Both the position numbers and the translations under genes were made by a program. Of a stretch of 64,000 nt of DNA, positions 47,601 to 57,543 are shown in pieces. A model generated the notes under the pieces. The model did no database searches. It was not told the DNA's origin and saw nothing but the letters and a program-made list of their open reading frames with translations. The DNA is from Mustelus asterias (taxonomy: Eukaryota): positions 66,588,001 through 66,652,000 of the forward strand of contig NC_135812.1 in the NCBI RefSeq assembly GCF_964213995.1, read 5' to 3'. The first letter of the stretch is position 1. Every line of letters starts with the position of its first letter.

Positions 47601-48650
47601 TGGTTCGTGAGCACCACTGCAGGCAGCTGAGATAGATGAAGATGACCCCTGCTGGTCGTTCGCGGTCGGTGCTGACCAATATGGCTGCTCCCATAGGTCG
47701 CACGTGGGTGATGGCGCCAAAATCAGCGACCCCTGGTGGTCGCGCATCTCTTGCGACTCCGTCGACTGTAATGGCGACGTCCTGGCCTCGCACGTGGACG
47801 AAACCCTCGACGATACCGACGACGAAGAACCGGGCTCCGGGGAGTTACAGGCCGCACTGCTGTTCCTGGAAGTAAGTTTGGATCGGCATACCTTCGAATA
47901 GTGCCCCTTCTTACCGCAGGCGGAGCACAACACAGCTTTAGCGGGACATCGCTGCCGAGAGTGCTTCACTCCCCCACAGAAGTAACACCGCGGGCCGCCC
48001 GGAGCTGCTGCCGTCGTCAGGCCCGTGTGTGGGCATGCCATCACGCAGCTTTTCGAACCCGAGGGACGAGGAGGGATCAGCGACTGCTCCTGCCACGTTG
48101 TCTTCACGTGGTCTTCGGGATACAATACTAGGCTTTTGGAGGCCGTCTCCAACGTATCCGCTAGTTCTATCGACTTAGTGAGATCAAGATTACCTTGCTC
48201 CAACAGTCTGAGTCGGATATAAGATGATCCGATTCCCGCCACAAACGCATCTCGAGCGAGGTCGTTCATGTTCTGGTCTGCCGACACTGCTTTGCAGTTA
48301 CAGCCCCTGGCTAGCTGTAGGAGCTCGTTCGCGTACTCTTCCGTCGTTTCGCCGGGCTGCCGTTGTCGAGTGGCTAAGAGGTATCGAGCATGCATCTCGT
48401 TTGGCGGTTTAATGTAATGCTTCTTAAGAAGCTCGAGGGCCCTTGTGTAGTTGGTGGCCGCACGGATCGCGAGATATACGGTGTCGCTTACCCTCGTGTG
48501 GAGGACCCGGAGTCTGTCGTCGTCTGTGGTGACCGCTGCGGAGGCTGCAAGGTAGTCCTCAAAACATTTCAACCAGTGGTCGAAGGTGTTAGAGGCGCCC
48601 GCCGCACGTGGATCCAGTGTAAGACGTTCGGGTTTTAACATTTGCTCCAT
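44658..48650 (-). CDS. Gag-Pol polyprotein, 1330 aa, uninterrupted (Gag with two zinc knuckles, protease, RT, RNase H, integrase)
   Basis: CYFCGGVKHSRQRC and CSACGKKGHYSKVC; protease LFDSGS; RT IDLKSAYHQ, PFGV, YLDN; RNase H ESDAS, EKEA, TDQ, DALSR; integrase H-H-CRVC, VDF, HSDRG, GQVEREN. Confidence 0.95.
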   Translation of the reverse strand: MEQMLKPERLTLDPRAAGASNTFDHWLKCFEDYLAASAAVTTDDDRLRVLHTRVSDTVYLAIRAATNYTRALELLKKHYIKPPNEMHARYLLATRQRQPGETTEEYANELLQLARGCNCKAVSADQNMNDLARDAFVAGIGSSYIRLRLLEQGNLDLTKSIELADTLETASKSLVLYPEDHVKTTWQEQSLIPPRPSGSKSCVMACPHTGLTTAAAPGGPRCYFCGGVKHSRQRCPAKAVLCSACGKKGHYSKVCRSKLTSRNSSAACNSPEPGSSSSVSSRVSSTCEARTSPLQSTESQEMRDHQGSLILAPSPTCDLWEQPYWSAPTANDQQGSSSSISAACSGAHEPTVVSIILDQAKPHRLDKSMMDIQVNKHLIYCLFDSGSTESFIHPDAVKQCGLQIQPVKQTISMASRSRSVTVLGSCMVNLTVQGTVYEHFKLLVLPHLCAPILLGLNFMVHLKSVTLQYGGPLPPLSVGEQQLPNCPTHPACSLSTLKITTPSLFQNLVPGCKPIATKSRRYSAEDRIFIRSEVQRLLKEGTIQSSASPWRAQVVVVKSGNKPRMVIDYSQTINRYTQLDAYPLPRISDMVNQIAQYRVVSTIDLKSAYHQLPIRPEDRQYTAFEADGCLYHILSVPFGVTNGVSVFQRAMDRMVDQNGLRATFPYLDNVTICGHDQQDHDTNLLKFLRTASRLNLTYNREKCVFRTRRLAILGYVVENGVIGPDPDRMRPLLELPLPTSAKALRRYLGFFSYYAQWVPNYADKARPLIKSTSFPLTPEARLAFDKLKADIAKATMHAVDESIPFQVESDASDFALAATLNQAGRPVAFFSRTLQGPEIRHSVVEKEAQAIVEAVRHWSHYLAGKRFTLITDQRSVAFMFNNTLRGKIKNDKILRWRIELSTYNYDIMYRPGKLKEPSDALSRGTCASIQEDRLQALHNDLCHPGVTRLYHFVKALNLPYSVEDVRSITRSCRVCTECKPHFYRPDRAQLVKATRPFERLSVDFKGPLLSTDRNVYFLNIIDEYSRFPFVIPCSDTSAATVIMAFRDLFTLFGYPCYIHSDRGSSFMSDDLRQYLLSYGIASSRTTSYNPRGNGQVERENATVWKAVLLALKSKSLPVSRWQEVLPDALYSIRSLLCTATNATPHERLFSFPRKSSSGTSLPSWLTYSGPVLLRRHVRACKSDPLVEQVHLLHANPQYAYVAYPNGREDTVSIRDLAPAGDVETPVAPIPPVRDPPTIVSLPDTTRAASGPLLNPFTPVYSLPESRRWSPLQGVSELNGLSSPRGQPARETVEEPLDIALRRTPPRVPTPVLSPVLRMSRRCGPPDRLNL

Positions 48651-48710
48651 ACTCTATGTATCGTTTTCTTTTTTTTTAACGACGAGAGTTTAATTAATAG
48701 TAAATAAAAT

Positions 48711-49041
48711 TGATGCGCGTTATCACACACGAGGCTTGAGATGCTCAAGGAAATAAAGGCTTTTATTTACTATTACAACGAAGCTACCATGTATAGTACA
48801 CGATCCCAGACTGAGGGGTCCCAGACAGAGCAGTGACCTTTATACCTCTCCCAGGAGGCGGAGCCCGACTGGGATGTACCATAATAACTATAATACAGGT
48901 GTAACAGCCCAACCCTAACCCCAACAGCAACAAGTAGAACAACCCATCCCTGACCCCAACAGCAACATATATACATACTCGTAGTACTGGCCAGACCATG
49001 GCTCAGTACTACCTAGTGGGAACCAACGATGGTTCACCACA
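48711..49041 (-). repeat. 5' LTR of the gypsy element (GC box, TATAAA 48844-48839, Inr TCAGTC 48814-48809, AATAAA 48767-48762)
   Basis: Motifs read on the minus strand, with canonical ~30-nt TATA-to-Inr spacing. Confidence 0.92.
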
Positions 49042-50886
49042 ATACCATATTTGAAGGTTTGATCCGTCTGTTCTGCCAATCCATTTGACGACGGGTGATA
49101 TGGTGCAGTCCGGACATGTCAGATACCATTGGAGAGCATGAAGTTCTGGAATTCACCGTTCATGAAGGCCATGCCATTATCTGAAACCAGGAAGGACTTC
49201 CAGTGTCCCACGTGTGCAACAGCTTTGCTGCAATTTCTCAATCGTAGCCTGAGCAGTTATGTGGAGCTCATGCGATGCACCTCCAACCACATGCACTGTG
49301 CGTCCACCATGATTAAAACCACAGAACCTGCAGAGGGACCTGAAAAGTCTGCATGTACTCACACCCTTGGCCTGCCAGTACACCTCCATGGATGTTGGCA
49401 GCCCTAGGGTGGTCGATTCAAATCTTAAAGGCACAAGTCACATTGCTTTACCAAGTCTATGCTGTTGGAAACAAGACCAGGACACCGAATGGGTGGCCAT
49501 TATGTGCTTCCTTTAATGTTGGACATCATCCAGGGGGCGGAACAATTACTTGAACCCCCAAAGGACGATTCCATCTCCCACATTAAGTTTGGACTCCTTG
49601 GTGAGGTAGGGTTTCATTTCTTCGGAGGGTCATTTTTGGAATCCCCCATGTAGGATCATGTGCCTAATTTTGGATAAGGTTGGGTCTTCTTAGGTCCAGG
49701 CTTTGATCTGCCTTGCTGACACTGTCAAGGTCTCCATAAAGTTCAGGGTTATCACAACTTTTTCTATTGCTGGTAAGGGAGCCAGGCCTCTGGGCAACGG
49801 GAGGCAACTCAGTCCGTCCGCATTAGCTATCCGGGTTCTGGGATGGTGTTCTAGAGTATGCTCGTAGGCTGCCGATAACAAGCCCAGTGCTGGATCCAAG
49901 TGGAGGTGAAAAGGTGAATGGCTTTGTCCTCTTTGAAGAGGCCCAGTCAGTGTTAATGGTCGGCAAATTTAGAAAACCGTCGACTGTAGACCTATTGATG
50001 GAATTTCTTCACATCAAATATGACCGGCAATCCTTCTTTCTCATTTTGTGAATATTATTGCTTTGCATCCGAAAGGGTCCTGGAGGCATACGCGATGGGC
50101 TTCTCCGTCCTTTCATTCCTGCCATGTGACAGCACTGCAACAACCCTGGACAGGGAAGTTTCACAGGTCATAATAAGTTCCTTCTTTCGAGTCAAAATGG
50201 GCCAGTAAGTTGAATGACAATAACTGACCTGAAAAAAAGCCTCTGCTGTGAAGCTCCCCAAGGCCATCTGTGATATTTTTGTAGAAGGGCGTGCAAGGGG
50301 GGTAAGCATGGGAAGCCAAATTTGGGATTAATTTTCTGCAATAGTTGACTAACCCGAGGAAGCATTTTAGCTCTGTGGTGTTCCTTGGGGTTGGTGCCTC
50401 CTTGATGGCCTTTACTTTATCCTTTACTGGATGTAACCCCTTGCCATCTACTCAGCAACTTAAATAGTTTACGTTGGCCGTTTGGAAAATGCATTTCTCT
50501 CTCTTCATGCGGACTCCTGCCCTGAAAAATCGTTGCAGGACTTCTTCTAGTTTGGTCAGGTGTTCCTGTTAACAAGCCACTGTGACCAAGACGTCATCTA
50601 AATATACTGCTACCCTGGGTAGCCCTTGAAGGATGTTCTCTATAACGGTCTGGAAGATGGCATAAGCCAAGGAGACACCAAAAGGCAAACTAGTATACCC
50701 ATAGAGTCCCTTATATGTGTTAATTGTCACACATTTCAAAGAAGACTTGTCGAGTTCAAGATGGAGATAGGCGTGGCTCATATCCAAATTGGAGAATGTT
50801 TGCCACTTGTTAACTTGGTGTACAGATCTTCGATCCGGGGCATAGGGTAACTATCGAGTTTGGAGACCCAACTGACTGTCTGTTTA

Positions 50887-51218
50887 TAGAATCATAGAAT
50901 CCCTACAGTGCAGAAGGAGGCCATTTGGCCCATCGAGTCTGCACCAAACACAATCCCACCCAGGCCCTGTCCCCATAACCCCATGCACTTACCCTAGCTA
51001 GTCCCCTTGACACTAAGGACCAATTTAGCATGGCCAATCCACCGAACCCACACATCTTTGGACTGTGGGAGGAAACTGGAGCGCCTGGAGAAAACCCACG
51101 CAGATACGGGGAGAATGTGCAAACTCCACTCAGGCAGTGAGTGTCCCAAGTCGGGAATCAAACCTGGGTCTCTGGCGCTGTGTTAGCAGTATGAACCACT
51201 GTGCCACCATGCCGCCCC
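50887..51218 (-). mobile_element. V-SINE inserted in the old gypsy RT
   Basis: Full SINE; the host reading RLC(GD)/YKQTV resumes on either side. Confidence 0.88.
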
Positions 51219-51559
51219 GCAAAGACGACCTGATTTATTGGGTTTAAGAACATGCTTGGTGCCATAGTTACTCTTGACTGGGCTTCAACAGAGCTGGAGA
51301 ATGATAATTTATAGCAACAATGCCACGCTATGGAAGAAGTTGCAAATGGCCAGCAGTGAAGGGAGCAACAGAGTGGCTGAGCCTTCACAAACACTGCCCA
51401 CTTAACGGAGTGCACAGACAGAAGCTCAGCTTCCTTTGTGTTTCAGAGAAGCAGCACTACCGATGGCTTAGGTTGACACTTCAAGCGGACATTACATATC
51501 CCCAGGCTCTGAGATGAAGATCTATTGCTTACTCTCCAAGTTTAAGGAAGTTTAAGGAA

Positions 51560-51953
51560 GTCCAAGTTTAGGAAGGTGCAGCATGAACTGGACGAAGCCG
51601 GGAAACGTGCTGACATTGCAGAATCTCAAGTCAACAAACTGAGAAGCAAAAGCCGTGACATAAGTAGAAAGGTATGCTGGATGTAAATGATTTCAAAACT
51701 GAATAAATAGTGGAGCTTAAAATACATTGACTAAAAATGTTGGTAAAGATTTCTATTGTTTGTCAAAATATAAATAATATTTTAAAAGCAATCTTTACAT
51801 GATATTGGTTTAACCATTTGCAATTTTGTTTTGCCCATTAGTCCTCCGCTGAAGAGTAGATGACGATTTGAAATGGTCCAAAGAAGAAATCCACAAAATG
51901 TGTGTTTCTTTGTAACATAGTTTTATAAAGATAGCTCTGTCAGTAGAAATAAA
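51560..51953 (+). pseudogene. Orphan MYH 3' fragment: partial exon 40 (51560-51671), intron, exon 41 (51842-51859), AATAAA (51948-51953)
   Basis: [37 protein letters not shown]; lacks the exon-40 acceptor and all upstream exons. Confidence 0.93.
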
Positions 51954-53592
51954 AGCGCATCCCTGAAAAATCTTTCTTTGTCATCTTTGTCTGTTAGCTG
52001 TCTTGATAATGACTCTGGGAATAAAAATGCTGCACAGAAAAATCCAATGAAATTAGATTGTGAAAAAATGTAGGAAGGAGAATCCATTAGAATGGTGCAC
52101 ATGAAATTGTTGCAATCAAGAAATTGCCATATCTTTATTATACTGTTGAAACTAAGGGGTGGAAATTATTCTGGATCCAAATGAGCTCAACTGGGAGGCC
52201 CAGCATTAAAACCAGCCTCAAAGAACAAAGAAAATTACAGCACAGGAACAGGCCCTTCGGCCCTCCAAGCCTGCACCGACCATGCGGCCTGATGTAATTA
52301 AAACCCCCTACGCTTCCAGGGACCATAACCCTCTATTCCCATCCTATTCATGTACTTGGCAAGATGCCCCTTAAAAGTCACTACCGTATCCGCTTCCACT
52401 ACCTCCCCCGGCAATGGGTTCCAGGCACCCACTACTCTCTGTGTAAAAAATCTACCTTGTACATCTCCTTTAAACCTTGCCCCTCGCACCTTAAACCTAT
52501 CAGGTCTCAGTAAGATTTTTTTTGGCATGAGCTGCCAACACCTGCGTTGCCTCGACAGATAACTCCCTCATTTGAGGATGCTGATTGCTGGGTCACCGAT
52601 TTCAAGTGCAGCAGACCTGGAAGTCGTTCTGAGGAGCAGTATGAGAGAAGGCAGGACAACCGTGGAGTCAAAAGGAGACTTCTGTTCTTCCTGGCTCTCC
52701 ACGAGATTTGCTGAATAATGTTTTATTAAAATGCCTTACCTTTTATTATTGGCTGCTATTACTGAAGAACCCTGACCAGGACAGGCTTATTGATTACAAG
52801 AACAGAGGAAACCGGCTTACTGATAAACCTGCTTAGCTCTTCTTTAAATTATGAGAACAGACTGGGAAAACTCTAATGTGAAGTTGCTGAACTGAAGAGG
52901 GATAAATTCCATGAGATCATAGAATCATAGTATCCCTGCGGTGCACAAGGAGGCCATTCGGCCCATCAAGCCTGCACTGACAGCAATCCCACCCAGGCCC
53001 TATCCCCGTAACCGGTTCATCCCCCTGACATTAAGGGGCAATTTAGCATGGCCAATCAACCTAACCCACACATCTTTGGGGTTGGAAAGGAAACTGGCTC
53101 AAGTAGACTGGAAATAAAGATTGGGAGGCAAAATAATAAACAGAATGACAGAACACTACAAACCAATCAGATGGTTCAGTTACACACTAGACCCACTGCT
53201 CGGAGGGAGATAGGAATGGGACCTAAAGCTTGAGTTCCTTTTATGATTAATGAAATAGAGATTTAAGTGAAACAGGAAACCATGATATATGTCAGGTTCA
53301 TCATTCAGTAGAGATTGAAGCTGATTACAGAAAGTTCAGATGAGAACTGAGAAAGCAAATAAGAGGGGCAAAGAGATTGCATGAGAAAAGAGTAGGGGTA
53401 ACATACAAAGGAATCGTAAACTCTTCTATAAACATATCAAGCATAAAAGCACAATCAAAGGAAAGTTGGGGCCTTCTCTCATACTGCTCCTCAGAACGAC
53501 TTCCAGGTCCGCAGCACTTGAAATCAGTGACCCAGCAATCAGCATCCTCAAATGAGGGAGTTACCTGTCGAGGCAACGCAGGTGTTGGGGCC

Positions 53593-54338
53593 CAATAAAT
53601 GGAAAAAATTTACAACATTCTGCTGTGCAAAGGGACCTAGGGGTCCTTGTGCATGAGTCGCAAAAACTCAGTCTGCAAGTACAACAGGTGATCAAGAAGG
53701 CAAATGGGATGTTGGCATTTATCGCGAGGGGGATAGAATATAAAAGCAGAGAAGTCTTGCTGCATCTGTACAAGGCATTGGTGAGGCCGCAGCTGGAATA
53801 CTGTGTGCAGTTTTGGTCCCCTTACTTGCGAAAGGATATATTGGCCTTGGAGGGAGTGCAGAGAAGGTTCACCAGGTTGATACCGGAGATGAGGCGTGTA
53901 GATTATGAGGAGAGATTGAGCAGATTAGGTTTGTACTCGTTGGAGTTTAGAAGGTGATCTTATAGAGGCATATAAGATAATGAAGGGGCTGGATAGGGTA
54001 GAAGTGGAGAGATTCTTTCCACTTAGAAACCAGAACTAGAGGGCACAGCCTCAAAATAAAGGGGGGTCAGTTTAGGACAGAGTTGAGGAGGAACTTCTTC
54101 TTTCAGAGGGTGGTGAATCTCTGGAATTCTCTGCCCACTGAAGTGGTGGAGGCTACCTTGTTGAATATGTTTAAGTCACGGATAGATGGCTTTCTGATCG
54201 GTAGGGGAATTAAGGGTTATGGGGAGCAGGCGGGTAAGTGGAACTGATTCACTTCAGATCAGCCATGATCTTATTGAATGGCGGGGCAGGCTCGAGGGGC
54301 TAGATGGCCTACTCCTGCTCCTATTTCTTATGGTCTTA
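53593..54338 (+). mobile_element. 5'-truncated CR1 inserted into an older CR1 remnant (~53290-54720)
   Basis: QRDLGVLVH...LVRPQLEYCVQFWSPY, tail tcttatggtcttat. Flanks retain older CR1 text (aaatactttgcatttgtcttt; aaatcacccggtccagatgggatacatc). Confidence 0.88.
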
Positions 54339-56844
54339 TTAAAAGAAAATCTTCTTGTGGAGGCAGACGACATGGCTGATGTAGATAATAAATACTTTGC
54401 ATTTGTCTTTGCTAATGAATGGTCAGTAAAGGAGCAAGTAATAGAGAAATTGGACAGGATAAAATGGTTAAAAAATGCTTAAATAGAGTGCTCAAAGCAA
54501 AAAACAAATCACCCGGTCCAGATGGGATACATCTCAGGTTGCTGAGAGAAGTAAGGATAGAAATAGGAGTTGGCCACACTCTTTCAATTCCCCTTCAACA
54601 TGATGTGATATTCAAGCACTGCAGGATTGACAACATTAGATGCCTGTTTAAAAATAGATAGAGATATAAACTGGGAAACCGAAGGCCAGTCAGCCAAATT
54701 ACAGATCTGGGACACTTCTATGGGCCTTGGGCTGGATTTTACAGCCCCGCGCTGCAGCATGTTTTCAGCAGGGGGAGGGGGATGTAAAATACGAGGGGTG
54801 CCCAGACTCTCTTCCCACCTACCCTTGAGCTGTCTAACATGGGGTAGGTGGGCTGGTTTCAAAATCAGCAGCAGACTCACCATATTAAAACAAACAATTA
54901 GAATCAAATGCGCTTGCTAACAAACCAATTGACCGGGATATTACACTGCCCAGTTGGTGTGGGCAGGTGGAGAAGCCATTCATGAGGCCAAGTTGAAAAA
55001 AGCCAGGAGGTATGTGACGAAGTCGAGGGGGAGTGGGGAGGGTGGTACATCATTTGGGGGTGTTTGTAACGCATCATCCCTGTTGATGTAGACAGGGGCA
55101 TGTCCTCCACTATGCTTCCTGAAGTTGATGACGAGCTCCTTCATTTTATTGACATTGAGGGGGAGATTATTGTCATCGCACCATTTCACCAAATTCTCGA
55201 ACTCTATCCTGTACTCCGTCTTGTCATTGTTTGAGATCCGACCCAACATGATGGAGTCATCAGCAAATTTGAAAATGGAGTTGGAGCAGAATTTGGCCAC
55301 ATAGTCATAAGTGTATTAAGGAGTTTAGTAAGTATATAAAGGCAAAATATAGGTTATCTTTAACTTAACTGAATCACTCTTTCTTGCACATTCAATGACG
55401 CTTGAACTACAAACCAGGGCAATGAGTAGCTTTACACACGAGATGGTCAACTATGGCACGGAATCAGGAAATTGAGTTTGATAGATGAATACATAATCTG
55501 ATTGATGGCAAATGGGAGACACCATAAAAAGTTGCATAAACAATTTGAAAATATCAAATTTTATGAAACTCTGCAATGCCCATGAGGAAAATGGATAAGG
55601 ACTCATATTTCCCAGACTCTTGTTTTGAGAAAGTCTGAGTAAACTCTCAAAAGGCTGGAATGAGGCCAGGAATCTGGATTAAACTGGCACTGTTTCCAGG
55701 ATTTGGGGCTCGAGTGGATTATACAAACACTGAAGACTATGGAGAAGGGACATTAATCTGATTGGCCAAAGAGTCCTTCCCCCAATATAAGGTTATCCAC
55801 AAACTTGATAATGTATGTACCAAGCGAGAAATTCTACCAATGTAGGGTCCTGTTATGGGGTTTGAGAATAGGCCAGCACAGGCTACATTATTATGGAGAT
55901 GGACGGAGCTTAAGAAGGTTCTCTGGTTTCAATGTACCTGTGCATTTGCTGGGAGACGGGTTGCTTGCAGTTTAAAACTCAGTGAGCATTGCAGCTCACA
56001 GAGAAGACCAGGGAGGTGTTAGTACGGATTAGGCAGTTTGGGGTCGAAGAAGTCCTTGAGGAGTTGAAATGCTGACAGAAGGTTGCTGGTCCTGTGCTGG
56101 TGACAGTGACACCCTGACAGCCATTTATAGCTTGGTGCAATTGAGAGATTAAAGTTCAGAGAAACCCAAGGGCAGCACTAGCTTAGTGAAAATAGGGTCT
56201 GCGAAGGAGTTGGAATTGAACTGATATATAGAGGCAGGAATGCAAATCTGCGCAACCCAGGCAGTCGCAGGAGAAGAGATTGAACCATCAACATGTGGCC
56301 AGTCACTGAGACAATCCAAGACTTTTCAGTGAATTCAATTTTGAAAATGAAATGTTGAAATTCCTCATGAGAGAGATAAGAGATTTAATGAGATTTTGTG
56401 ACTCACAATGGACACTGACATCCGGGTGAATTGCTCTGGGATCGGTCTTTGTCACATGCCATTTAAAGTGCGATGTGGCATGCTCGATCATAGTTTGCCT
56501 GTTAATTCATACTTACCCCATGTTAAATCTGAATGTTTGAGCTCGATCCTTTTATTTTGGAATGGAAGGTGACTGATCATTGTACACATTTTGTTATTGT
56601 AGGCAAAGTGAGGGAGAACCAGTTTGAGACATGAAGCCATCTATAGTATTATCTGTTATCACTCCTTGTATGTAGGCATGCCTGGTCCATTTGTTGAAAT
56701 TTCATCAAATATAATCTCATTTTGTTACTTTATTCAAGCTTTGTTTAGTATTATGCAGTTTAGTATTATGTTTGCTGAACTAGTTTTATTTATCCTTTAC
56801 TAGAATTAGTAAAGAGGATGATGTTTAAGTTTGGATTTCTTTAA

Positions 56845-57543
56845 CGCTAGAATTCATTCAGTCAGCCCACTGTCAACATCCTTGGGGTTACCATTGATCA
56901 AAAACACAACTGGACTCGCCACATAAACAGAGTGGCTACAACAGCAGGTCAGAGGCTAGGAATACTGCGGCGAGAAACTCATCGCCTGACTCTCCAAAGC
57001 CTATCCACCATCTATAAGGCATAGGTCACGAGTGTGATGGAATATTCCCCACTTGCCTGGATGAGTGCAGCTCCAACAACACTCAAGAAGCTTGATACCA
57101 TCCAGGACAAAGCAGCCCACTTGATTAGCATCACACCCACAAACATCCACTCCCTTCACCACCAACACTCAGTACCAATAGTGTGTACTATCTACAATAT
57201 GCATTGCAGCAATTCGCCAAAGATCCTTAGACAGCACCTTCCAAACCCACAACCACTTCCATTGAGAAGGACAAGGGCAGCAGATCCATGAGAACACCAT
57301 GACCTGCAAGTTCCCCTCCAAGTCACTCACCATCCTGACTTGTAAATATATTGCTGTCCCTTCACTGTCGCTGGGTCAAAATCCTAGAATTTCATCCCGA
57401 ATGGCTTTGTGGATCAACCCACAGCATGTGGACTTCAATGATGCAAGAGGGCAGCTCAATGCCACCTTCTCAAGGGCAACTATTGATGGGCAATAAATGC
57501 TGGCCAGCCAGTGACACCCATGAACAAATGAACAAATAAAAAA
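56845..57543 (+). mobile_element. Non-LTR retrotransposon 3' end, same family as 1660-3005
   Basis: MEYSPLAWMSAAPTTLKKLDTIQDKAA; ends gggcaataaatgctggcc...aaataaaaaa. Confidence 0.8.

Larger units (their letters stand above)
44266..49041 (-). mobile_element. Full-length Ty3/gypsy LTR retrotransposon with 5-bp TSD ATACC
   Basis: LTRs 44266-44595 and 48711-49041 (TG...CA; 5 substitutions and 1 indel by eye); TSD at 44261-44265 and 49042-49046; PPT aaggaggggtgaa (rc of 44596-44608). Confidence 0.97.
43366..51255 (-). mobile_element. Decayed Ty3/gypsy element hosting a younger LTR element and a SINE
   Basis: RT fragments VLKPNKSGRLC (~51220-51252), YPMPRIEDLY, PFGVS...VYLDDVLV; RNase H PIAYASRTLS; integrase LAEQTDQTFK split at 44265/49047; probable PPT ~43579-43593 and 3' LTR ~43366-43578. 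Many stops. Confidence 0.8.

Noticed and set aside
51520-51560. New splice acceptor (ctctccaag) rescuing the orphan exon 40 as an alternative C-terminus
   Set aside because: Phase-0 splicing from exon 39 reads TTT AAG GAA GTT TAA, an immediate stop, and would need read-through of the first poly(A) site.
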